The notes beneath the pieces are model-generated. The model was not told where the DNA came from. It saw nothing but the letters and a program-made list of their open reading frames with translations, and did not search any database. Made by a program: the position numbers and the translations under genes. A DNA stretch of 64,000 nucleotides from Dehalococcoidia bacterium (GTDB lineage Bacteria > Chloroflexota > Dehalococcoidia > Lucifugimonadales > UBA1123): positions 1,513,596 through 1,577,595 of the forward strand of contig OY761144.1 of the NCBI GenBank assembly GCA_963664365.1, in the 5' to 3' direction. Within the stretch, counting starts at the first letter, position 1; each line of letters starts with the position of its first letter. Shown in pieces: positions 46,256 through 54,504 of this stretch.

Positions 46256-46484
46256 GCGTTGAGATATCGAGGGTGTAGGGGTGAGGAATAAGGGGTAAGG
46301 AATGAGGGGGTCTGAAGCAGGATTTTGGGGATTGTGGGGATGGGGGAGTTGGGCAAACTGAATTTTGCAGTTGCCTATGCGGGATTGACGGAGTATATGC
46401 GGCTTCCGGACAATCGAAAGGTCCTGCGGGCGTGCTTCAGACACGACCAGCCCGTCGATGGATTTATAAGCTAGGCATGTATAA

Positions 46485-47261
46485 TTGTGCCTGGCGGGAG
46501 GTTTGACGCTGCGCGCGCGATACACTTCAGACGACACGTTCGACCACGGCGACTACGCCGTCAGCATCAGGGGTTTGGCGAAGTCCTTTGGACGGACGCC
46601 GGCGCTTCGAGGCATCGACCTTGACGTGCCGGCCGGCCGGGCTCTCAGCCTGCTCGGACCGAACGGCTCCGGCAAGACCACGCTAATCAACATCCTCGCC
46701 ACTCTGACCAAACCCGACGCCGGACAGGTGCGGGTGGGAGGCATCGCCCTCGATAAGGAAGGCTCCCGCATCCGCCGAGAAATCGGCGTCGTCACCCACG
46801 ACCCGCTGCTGTACGACGACCTCACCGCGCGCGAGAACCTCAGATTCACCTGTCGTATGTTTAACCTCGACCGCATCGACGAGCGTGTCGAGCATGTCAC
46901 CGACCTCGTCGGCATGTCCAACAGGCTCGACCAGAGATGCGGTGCCATGTCTCACGGGATGAAGAAGCGGTTCAGCATCGCCCGCTCGCTGCTGCACGAT
47001 CCTTCCGTCCTGCTCATGGACGAGCCGGACAGCGGCCTCGACCAAGAAGCGCTGGGCCTGCTGGACGCCCTCATATCCGACCGCTCCAACGCTCGGCGCA
47101 CGGTCATCATGACAACCCACAACCTCGACAGGGCAATCGCGCTTGGGGACCGTGTCGCCATCCTCTCAAACGGCCGAGTGGTGTACCACGAGCCCGCTTC
47201 CGACGTGGACGAAAAGTCGGCGCGCGAGGCGTACTCGCGGCACACGGGCGGCGCGCGATGA
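46485..47261 (+). CDS. ccmA: ABC transporter ATP-binding protein, CcmA-like
   Basis: GPNGSGKTT, MSHGMKKRF, LLMDEPDSGLD. Followed by a CcmB-like gene. The exact start is uncertain. Confidence 0.7.
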   Translation: MCLAGGLTLRARYTSDDTFDHGDYAVSIRGLAKSFGRTPALRGIDLDVPAGRALSLLGPNGSGKTTLINILATLTKPDAGQVRVGGIALDKEGSRIRREIGVVTHDPLLYDDLTARENLRFTCRMFNLDRIDERVEHVTDLVGMSNRLDQRCGAMSHGMKKRFSIARSLLHDPSVLLMDEPDSGLDQEALGLLDALISDRSNARRTVIMTTHNLDRAIALGDRVAILSNGRVVYHEPASDVDEKSAREAYSRHTGGAR

Positions 47262-47932
47262 AAGCCTACCTCACACCCATACTCGCCATCCTGGCCAAAG
47301 ACCTGCTGCTCGAACGGCGGACCAAGGACATCCTCGTCTCCATGCTGGTATTCGGGCTGCTTGTCATCGTCGTCTTCAACTTCGCTATCGACCCCACGCC
47401 CGGAATGGTCGCCATGGTCGCGCCCGGAATACTTTGGGTGGCCATCACGTTCGGCGGCGTGCTCGGTCTGAACCGTTCCTTCGGCGTCGAAAAAGAGCGC
47501 GGCAACCTGCGCGGACTCATGCTCGCCCCCGTCGGCAGAGACGCCATATACTTCGGAAAGTTCCTCGCCAACTTCATCTTCATGCTGGCGGTCGAGGCGG
47601 TCATCTACCCCGTGTTCGCCGTCATGTTCAACTTTTCTCTGGCTATACCCGGCCTCATTCCGGTCGCTCTGCTGGCTACGGCGGCGATAGCCGCGGTGGG
47701 AACCGTCTTCAGCGCGATGGCGGTCAACACCCGCTCCCGCGAGGTGATGCTGCCGATACTCTTCCTTCCCGTGGTCGTACCGGTCATAATAGGCGCAGTC
47801 TCGGCGACGGGCGCGCTGATCGGATCGGGCGACCCCGAAGACCTGACTCGCTGGATACCGTTCATGGCGGCTTTCGACGCCGTCTTCCTGGTCGTCTGTC
47901 CTGTTGCGTTCAGCTTCATAATCGAGGAGTAG
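47257..47932 (+). CDS. ccmB: heme exporter protein B (CcmB family) permease
   Basis: MKAYLTPILAILAKDLLLERRTKDIL..., six transmembrane helices, and an ATGA overlap with the ATPase gene. Confidence 0.7.
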
Positions 47933-47940
47933 CGAGGCCC

Positions 47941-48429
47941 TTGAGAGCCATCAAGATTCCGGACGCCGTCTTGCGCGAGGTCTATCGACACGCCCGCGAG
48001 GAGTTCCCCAACGAGTGTTGCGGCTGGCTCGTGGGCCCCAAGGACAGCGACGAAGTGACCCGCGTCTGCCGCGCCGTCAACGCCTACGACGTCGGATCGC
48101 ATCCCACCGCATCCGACAGGACCGCCGAGACAGCCTACGTCATCGACGGCGACGACCTGCTGGAGCTCAACCGCACGCTCGACGGCCCCGAACCGCCGCG
48201 CGTGATCTACCACTCCCACCCTAACGGCAAGGCATACTTCTCCGAGACCGACCGCAGGGTCGCCGTCGATCCGTGGGAAGGTGGCCCCGTCTATCCGGTG
48301 CAGCAGCTTGTCGTCGGAATCGACGCCCGCGAGGTGGTCGAGGCGCGGCTGTTCGCTTGGGACGAAGAATCGGGCGACTTCGTGGAGGTAAAGGATTTTC
48401 CGGGCAGTGGCGGCGCGGAACAGGAGTGA
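47941..48429 (+). CDS. JAB/MPN (JAMM) domain metalloprotease
   Basis: NECCGWLVG (catalytic Glu region) and HSHPNGKAYFSETD (the HxHx7Sx2D motif). TTG start inferred. Confidence 0.7.
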   Translation: MRAIKIPDAVLREVYRHAREEFPNECCGWLVGPKDSDEVTRVCRAVNAYDVGSHPTASDRTAETAYVIDGDDLLELNRTLDGPEPPRVIYHSHPNGKAYFSETDRRVAVDPWEGGPVYPVQQLVVGIDAREVVEARLFAWDEESGDFVEVKDFPGSGGAEQE

Positions 48430-48454
48430 ACCGGTTCCGAACGCGGGCGGTTTG

Positions 48455-48531
48455 TGGCAGGAGCGGCAGGATTCGAACCCGCGACCCTCGGTTTTGGAGA
48501 CCGATGCTCTACCAGCCTGAGCTACGCTCCT
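48455..48531 (-). tRNA. trnW: tRNA-Trp (anticodon CCA), 3' CCA encoded
   Basis: Hand-folded cloverleaf. Acceptor AGGAGCG/CGCTCCT, D stem GCTC/GAGC, anticodon stem TCGGT/ACCGA with loop CTCCAAA, T arm GCGGG-TTCGAAT-CCTGC. Confidence 0.95.
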
Positions 48532-48627
48532 GCAATGCCGGACAGGCCTGAAGGGTAGTGGAAGTGTCCGACGACATTCCAATTGTACTATGGCGGGGCC
48601 TGCCATGTACAACTACGAGATTCGCTC

Positions 48628-48868
48628 GAACCTGTCCCAAGTTCGCAGGCGGCAGGAGACTGTCCTAAGTTGGTAGGCGTTGCTCACCCGTCATTACCAT
48701 GAAAATCCCCTCTCCCAAGTCTGGGAGAGGGTTAGGGTGAGGGTTGTGAATGAGATGCTGCCCAATTTTCATCCCTCTTATGTGGCCTGACAAGGCCATG
48801 GTGATTCCGGCGAAGGCCGGAATCCAGCGGTGGGGAGTAGAGGTCGCCTACTAATATGGGACAGGTTC
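48628..48868. mobile_element. MITE-like element bounded by 12-bp perfect inverted repeats (GAACCTGTCCCA / TGGGACAGGTTC), carrying two structured repeats
   Basis: Inverted repeats at 48628-48639 and 48857-48868. Inside are the 10-bp hairpin 48708-48731 + TTAGGGTGAGGGT and the 8-bp hairpin ATTCCGGC-GAAG-GCCGGAAT (48804-48823). Confidence 0.4.
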
Positions 48869-49025
48869 GTCAGCAGCGTTGCCCTTGTTGTACACAGTGA
48901 ACGCCAATACAATGTACACTGACGGAAAGACGCCGAGAGGTATAGAACAACCATGTACCGACTAACGGACAAGATATACGGCTGCCTCATGGGCGGGCTG
49001 ATCGGCGACGCGATGGGCGCTCCCA

Positions 49026-50636
49026 TTGGCAATTGAGTTGACGAAGAGAGTTTACATACTGCCGACCTTGATCGCGCTCGTCGCGGTCTGGGTTTCCTGC
49101 GGCGGCGGAACGTCTGAGCAGCCGACTCCGACGGCCACGCCGCAGGTGATCGTCCGAGTTCCCGCAACTCCGACGCCGATGTTGGCGCTGGCGCCGATCC
49201 AAACTATGCCTCCGATTGAGACTCCGACGCCTATCCCAACGCCTACCGAAGTGCCGACGCCGGAGCCGACGCCCACTCCGCGCCCCTACGACTCGGCGAC
49301 TGTGATGTACGACCTGACGCCTCCGTTCGCCGCGGGGTCGGCCCAACTGCTGAGCGTTCTCCAAGAGATCCGGGACAACGACGACAAGTCGCTCGTGCCC
49401 GTGCTGGTGGAGATACTGCGCTTCGTGCCGACGCGTGAGCTGCTGGAGGGCACAGGCGAAACTCTCCGCGCCCTGAGCGGGCAATCCATCGAAGATTTCG
49501 CCTGGGACAAGTGGATGGAGTGGCTGGGCCGGAACCTCGCCGACTACCAGCCGCCGTCGGAGTACCCGGCGTGGAAGGCGGAGATGTACGGCAAGCTGCA
49601 TCCTCGGTTCGAGGTCTTCTTGGAGCCGGCGAGCGAGTATTCGAGAATCGACCCGACTGAAATCGTATGGGGCGGCGTCCCGCCCGACGGAATCCCCGAC
49701 CTGGCCAATCCGCAATTCCTCGCGCCGGACGAGGCGGACTACATGCTGCCGGACGACAGGGTATTTGGCGTGGAGGTCAACGGCGACGTCAGGGCGTACC
49801 CGCTGCGCATAGTCAACGCGCACGAGATGGTCAACGACACGGTCGGCGGCGAGCCGATCAGCCTGATGTGGTGAACGCTCTGCGGGACCGGAATCGTGTA
49901 TTCCGCCAAGATAGACGGGGAACCGACCACATTCGGGACGTCCGGCTTCCTCTATCGCTCCAACAAGCTGATGTACGACCGCAAGACGAATTCGCTTTGG
50001 AGTTCGCTCGTCGGCAGGCCGGTGATAGGCGAGTTGGCGCAGCGGGACGACCTGGTCCTCGACTTCTTCCCGGTGTCTCTGACGACGTGGGCGGAGTGGC
50101 TGGCAGAGCATCCGGATACGAGCGTTCTCTCGGACCGGACTCAATACTACCCACCCCAGTTCTACGGGCCGGAGTCCAGCCCGCAGTCGATCTACTTCGC
50201 GTACCGAGAACACCCGGGAACGATGTTCCCGGTGTGGAACCAGGATGACCGCCTGGAGGTCAAGGACGAGGTTTTGGGTGTAATAGTGGACGGCGTAAAG
50301 AAGGCTTATCCCGTGAAGCTGTTCCAAGAAGAGCGGCTGATCAACGACGCGGTCGGCGGCGCCAACATCGTTCTGGTCGCCTCCGGCGCTCTGTCCGACG
50401 GCCGCGTGTTCGATCGCGGCGACGTGACTTTCGAGAGCGTCGATGTCGGCTCAGACGGCGTCATCCAATCGGTGATAGACGCGGACGGCAACTCTTGGCA
50501 AATCGAGGAGGCGGGCCTGACCAACGCCGACAACGACACCGTCCTGCCCAGAATCCCGACGCTGATCTACTTCTGGTTCGGATGGTACGCCTTCCACCCG
50601 GACACTCTGCTGTACGAGGGCGAAAGCGCTCCCTAG
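49026..50636 (+). CDS. DUF3179-family lipoprotein with Pro/Thr linker; in-frame UGA (49872-49874) read as candidate selenocysteine (W-U-T-L-C)
   Basis: ORFs 49026..49874 and 49896..50636 share one frame. The joined sequence is VRAYPLRIVNAHEMVNDTVGGEPISLMW-U-TLCGTGIVYSAKIDGEPTTFGTSGFLYRSNKLMYDRKTNSLWSS. This matches the DUF3179 core as I recall it (..TYCPLCGSG..FGvSGlLy.SN.vMyDr.T.SlWsQ), with UGA at the first Cys. Lipobox VWVSC. The start codon (TTG) is uncertain. Confidence 0.65.
49872..49907 (+). promoter_or_regulatory. UGA plus SECIS-like hairpin (stem 49889-49894/49900-49905, loop CGUGU)
   Basis: CGGAAU-CGUGU-AUUCCG. G49885/G49886 can pair with C49907/C49906 across a 2-nt bulge. The architecture matches the hairpin at 3490-3510, and the loop starts 20 nt after the UGA. 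Confidence 0.5.
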
Positions 50637-51706
50637 TCCGCCGGCGCCGCCACGCGCGAGTCGGCCTGGTCATAGGCCCATTGGAGCAGCGTTTCGGTCT
50701 CGTCCCAGCCTATGCAGGCGTCGGTAATCGAAACGCCGTACTCTAGGGCGGACTTGTCGCCGGTGAGCTTCTGAGAGCCCGGATTTAGGTTGGACTCCAA
50801 CATGCAGCCGATGATGTGGTCGTTGCCGCCGGCCCGCTGGCCGACCACGTCCTTGAACGCGACCTGCTGGCGGCGGTGGTCCTTGTTGGAGTTGCCGTGC
50901 GAGCAGTCCACCAGAAGCTCGGATCGCACCTCCGCCTCGTTGAGCAGCCTGTGGGCCTCCGCGATGGACTCGGCGCCGAAGTTCGGACCCGCGCGACCGC
51001 CTCGCAGCACCAGGTGGCCGTCCGGGTTGCCCTTCGTGTGAATCACGGCGGTCTGGCCATGACTGTCTATGCCGAGAAAGGCATGAGACGACTTGGCGGA
51101 GATCATCGCGTCCACCGCGATCTGCGCGCTGCCGTCGGTGCCGTTCTTGAATCCGACGGGCATAGACAGGCCGCTGGCCATCTGCCTGTGCGTCTGGCTC
51201 TCGGTGGTGCGCGCTCCGATGGTGGACCAGCAGACGAGGTCGGCGAGATACTGAGGCACTATCGGGTCTAGGAACTCGGTGCCGGTATAGACGCCGAGCT
51301 CGGCTATCGAGTGCATGAGCCTGCGCGCCGTCCGCAGCCCCTCGTCTATGTCGAACGTGTCGTCCAGGTTGGGGTCGTAGATGAGGCCCTTCCAACCTAC
51401 GGTCGTCCTCGGCTTCTCGAAGTACACCCGCATCACGATCAGCAGACGGTCCTCGAGGCGGTCGCGGATATCGAGTATCCTTCGCGCGTAGTCAACCGCC
51501 TGCTCCTCGTCATGTATCGAGCAGGGTCCGACGACCATCATCATACGGTCGTCCTCCCGTTGTAATACTCTGCGGATCTGCTCGCGGCCTTCGAGGACCG
51601 TGCGCTCGGCGGCCGGGCTGACCGGAATCTGTCGCGCCAACTCGGCGGGGCTGATAAGTAAGTCTGTGCTAATCACGTTCACGTCCATTGTTGGCGATTG
51701 CTGCAT
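50633..51706 (-). CDS. aroG: 3-deoxy-7-phosphoheptulonate (DAHP) synthase, class I
   Basis: VVGPCSIHDEEQAVDYA, KPRTTVGWKG, CSHGNS. Start set at MQQSPT (ATG 51704-51706), after GGAGAG. The isozyme identity (F/G/H) is not determinable. Confidence 0.9.
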   Translation of the reverse strand: MQQSPTMDVNVISTDLLISPAELARQIPVSPAAERTVLEGREQIRRVLQREDDRMMMVVGPCSIHDEEQAVDYARRILDIRDRLEDRLLIVMRVYFEKPRTTVGWKGLIYDPNLDDTFDIDEGLRTARRLMHSIAELGVYTGTEFLDPIVPQYLADLVCWSTIGARTTESQTHRQMASGLSMPVGFKNGTDGSAQIAVDAMISAKSSHAFLGIDSHGQTAVIHTKGNPDGHLVLRGGRAGPNFGAESIAEAHRLLNEAEVRSELLVDCSHGNSNKDHRRQQVAFKDVVGQRAGGNDHIIGCMLESNLNPGSQKLTGDKSALEYGVSITDACIGWDETETLLQWAYDQADSRVAAPAD

Positions 51707-51745
51707 CCGGCTTCTCTCCTGCGCTGGGTCTTCTGTGTGGGACAA

Positions 51746-51774
51746 TCAAAAACCCCAGTCTCTGCCGACTGGGG
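51746..51774 (-). terminator. intrinsic terminator/attenuator CCCCAGUC-GGCAGA-GACUGGGG-UUUUUGA in the DAHP synthase leader
   Basis: 8-bp GC-rich stem and a U5 tract on the minus strand. No upstream minus-strand gene exists for it to terminate other than the leader ORF. Confidence 0.7.
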
Positions 51775-51817
51775 TTCGCTTTCCTGTTTGCGCGCCTTGC
51801 GCTCCGGGCATAACCTC

Positions 51818-51883
51818 TCAGCCGACAGCTTTGCTATCGGTAAAGTAGAAATACCCGTAGGTGGCGGCGGTTAGGATGATCAT
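51818..51883 (-). CDS. candidate leader peptide MIILTAATYGYFYFTDSKAVG (aromatic-codon run)
   Basis: My own translation. The ATG at 51881-51883 lies a few nt downstream of a TTGACA-18 nt-TAACTT promoter (51894-51923, minus strand). Five of six consecutive codons encode Tyr or Phe. The stop codon is 44 nt before the terminator stem. Confidence 0.55.
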   Translation of the reverse strand: MIILTAATYGYFYFTDSKAVG

Positions 51884-51999
51884 TTCGGCAAATAAGTTAG
51901 CAGGATTGTCGTAGCGGTGTCAATAGCATCGCGGCAAAGTTTGACACACCCCGCTCGTTGTGTTACCAATCCCATATCCACTGAGCGGGGAGTACCGAC

Positions 52000-52974
52000 G
52001 TGCCAAACGCCTGCTGTGCGCCCTCAGGCGGCCATGGTCGCCGTCGCTCGGCCTTCCGGTCGAGCCGAGCGGATTCGCGCGTCCCCATAGTCGGCGCCAA
52101 GAGACGGGACAGCCCTCCCAAGGGAATGGCGCACATCCCCGGCGGCAAGTTCCTAATGGGAACCGAAGACCGCTCCGGTTTTCCGGCGGACGGCGAGGGG
52201 CCTACGCGAGAGGTAGAGGTGTCGCCGTTCTTCATCGACGAGACGGCGGTGACTAACGCTGAATTCGGCAGATTCGTCAGGTCTACCCGATACAGGACGG
52301 AGGCCGAACGCTATGGCTGGTCTTTCGTCTTCCACCTGTTCATCTCCAAGAAGAACAGGCGCGAGGTTACTCAGGCAGTCGCGGAAGCGCCGTGGTGGCG
52401 GAGGGTGGAAGGCGCAAGCTGGCGGCGGCCCAACGGTCCGGGGTCCGGTATCGGGCGGCTGATGGACCATCCCGTCGTTCACGTGTCTTGGAACGACGCG
52501 ATGGCCTACTGCCGCTGGGCGGGCAGGCGGCTTCCCACCGAGGCCGAATGGGAGATGGCGGCTCGCGGCGGACTGGTCGGCATGACCTACCCCTGGGGCA
52601 ACGAACTAACCCCCGACGGCAGGCACATGTGCAATATCTGGCAGGGGGATTTCCCGGACGTCAACACTATGGAAGACGGGTTCGTGGGCACGGCGCCGGC
52701 AAGGCGCTTCGATCCGAACGGCTTCGGACTCTACAACGTCGCCGGGAACGTCTGGGAGTGGCAGGCCGACTGGTTCAGCCCCACGTTCCACCGCGACGGC
52801 CCCCGCGTGAACCCGGTCGGGCCGCCGTCGGGCGCCAGCCGCGTCATCAGGGGCGGGTCGTACCTCTGCCACCATTCGTACTGCAACCGATACCGCGTCG
52901 CCGCTCGCAGCGCGAACACGCCGGACAGTTCGACGGGGAACATGGGGTTCCGGTGCGTTGCGGACTTTGCCTGA
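52000..52974 (+). CDS. formylglycine-generating enzyme (FGE/SUMF1 family)
   Basis: IPGGKFLMGT..., FFIDETAVTNAEF, HPVVHVSWNDAMAYCRWAG, RVIRGGSYLCHHSYCNRYRVAARS. The start could be the GTG at 52000 or the ATG at 52126. Confidence 0.9.
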   Translation: MPNACCAPSGGHGRRRSAFRSSRADSRVPIVGAKRRDSPPKGMAHIPGGKFLMGTEDRSGFPADGEGPTREVEVSPFFIDETAVTNAEFGRFVRSTRYRTEAERYGWSFVFHLFISKKNRREVTQAVAEAPWWRRVEGASWRRPNGPGSGIGRLMDHPVVHVSWNDAMAYCRWAGRRLPTEAEWEMAARGGLVGMTYPWGNELTPDGRHMCNIWQGDFPDVNTMEDGFVGTAPARRFDPNGFGLYNVAGNVWEWQADWFSPTFHRDGPRVNPVGPPSGASRVIRGGSYLCHHSYCNRYRVAARSANTPDSSTGNMGFRCVADFA

Positions 52975-53007
52975 TTATCGTTTCAACACCCTTTCTAGGA
53001 GGAGACC

Positions 53008-54504
53008 ATGCCCGAACGACCGAACGTAGTCGTCATCCTGAGCGACCAGCAGCGCTGGGACACGTTGGCCTGCTACGGCAACGACTGGATACAGACCCCG
53101 CGCCTGAACCGACTCGCCGAAGATAGCGCGGTCTTCGAGGCCGCCTACGTTACGCAGCCGGTGTGCGTTCCGGCGCGCGCCTCGATAATGACCGGACTCT
53201 ATCCCCACTCGGCGGGGCCCGTGGTCAACAAGATGAACCTCGACCCCAGCATCCCGGTCCTGCCTGAGATGATCTCGGACGACTACACCTGCGGATACCT
53301 CGGCAAGTGGCACCTGGGCGACGACGTGATACGTCAGCGCGGCTACCACGAGTGGGTCAGCGCGGAGGACGGACACCGCGCGCAGTACACGCGCCGGGAG
53401 CATCTGCGCGTGATGAGCGACTACTGGCATTATCTGCGGGAGCAGGGCTACGAGCCCAAGACGCAAGCGAGCGGAGCGATGATATTCGACTCTTGGGAAC
53501 GGGCGCTGATGCCCGAGGAGTGCCAGATGGCGTCGTTCCTGGGACGTCGGGCGGCGGACTTCATCCGGCGCAACGCGGACGGGCCGTTCGTTATGTACGT
53601 CAGTACCTTCGAGCCTCACCCTCCGTTCTACGGACCTCTCAACGACCTGTACGATCCGGCCCAAATCCCCACAGGCCCGGCCTTCCTCCGGCGGCCTGAA
53701 GGGCACTCGCTCGTCAACCGCGTCCGCTCCGACTACTACACCAACTGGCTGGGGAGCGACGTTCCTCCGCCGGAGGGGGAGTACGTGACCTCGTCCGGCG
53801 CGGCCGCGCTCGGCAATGACGTCACGACCGAGGACGGCTGGCGCACGCTGCGCGCCCGATACATGGCAAACATAACCCTCGTGGACAGTATGGTCGGGAT
53901 GATCGTGGACGCGCTCGACGAGGCCGGCGTCTCGGACAACACCGCCATCGTATTCTCCAGCGAGCATGGGGACATGGCCGGCGATCACGGGATGCTGGAA
54001 AAGCGGGCTTTCTACGAGGAGGCTTCCCGCGTGCCGTTGCTGATGCGCGTCCCGTGGATTTCGGGGAGCGCCCGCGCGGTCGAGGGCAGCGTCGGTCACA
54101 TCGACCTAATACCGACGCTGCTGGACCTCATGGGCGAGGATTCGCCTGGGCGCCTGCAAGGCAAGAGCCTCGTTCCCGTGCTGAAGGGTGACGCAGACCT
54201 CAGCGACAACGAAGTTTTCATCCAGTGGAACGGCATCAGCCCGGACATGGAAGACCGCGCTCTCGGCTGGCCGCAGATCAACCGGATGCTCAACAACGCT
54301 TGGCGGTCAGTGGTGGTCGATAGGTGGAAGTTGAACCTGTGCGCGGGCGACCAGTGCGAATTGTTCGACCTGCACTCAGACCCGCACGAGATGATCAACC
54401 TGTTCGACGATCCCAAGCAGCGAGACCGCGTCCGAGACATGGCCGCCCGAATACGCTCCTGGCAGGTCCGAACCGGAGACACGGCGCCGCTGCCCAGCGT
54501 ATGA
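53008..54504 (+). CDS. sulfatase (Cys-type)
   Basis: 498 aa. [13 protein letters not shown] and the [11 protein letters not shown] (CxPxR) motif. Confidence 0.9.
   Translation: MPERPNVVVILSDQQRWDTLACYGNDWIQTPRLNRLAEDSAVFEAAYVTQPVCVPARASIMTGLYPHSAGPVVNKMNLDPSIPVLPEMISDDYTCGYLGKWHLGDDVIRQRGYHEWVSAEDGHRAQYTRREHLRVMSDYWHYLREQGYEPKTQASGAMIFDSWERALMPEECQMASFLGRRAADFIRRNADGPFVMYVSTFEPHPPFYGPLNDLYDPAQIPTGPAFLRRPEGHSLVNRVRSDYYTNWLGSDVPPPEGEYVTSSGAAALGNDVTTEDGWRTLRARYMANITLVDSMVGMIVDALDEAGVSDNTAIVFSSEHGDMAGDHGMLEKRAFYEEASRVPLLMRVPWISGSARAVEGSVGHIDLIPTLLDLMGEDSPGRLQGKSLVPVLKGDADLSDNEVFIQWNGISPDMEDRALGWPQINRMLNNAWRSVVVDRWKLNLCAGDQCELFDLHSDPHEMINLFDDPKQRDRVRDMAARIRSWQVRTGDTAPLPSV

Noticed and set aside
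47605-48612. 335-aa minus-strand ORF spanning the tRNA-Trp gene and lying antisense to the JAMM and ccmB genes.
   Set aside because: It overlaps a well-supported tRNA and two well-supported plus-strand genes. This is the high-GC antisense ORF artefact. The same reasoning applies to 19719..20483, 48987..50327, 52975..54099, 29329..30216, 31099..32265 and 1008..1898.
48953-49036. 27-codon ORF MYRLTDKIYGCLMGGLIGDAMGAPIGN ending in TGA. It resembles an ADP-ribosylglycohydrolase N-terminus and was considered as a third Sec read-through.
   Set aside because: Read-through gives only 26 more codons of non-homologous sequence before another stop codon, and no hairpin follows the TGA. It is more likely a truncated gene remnant overlapped by the DUF3179 gene start.
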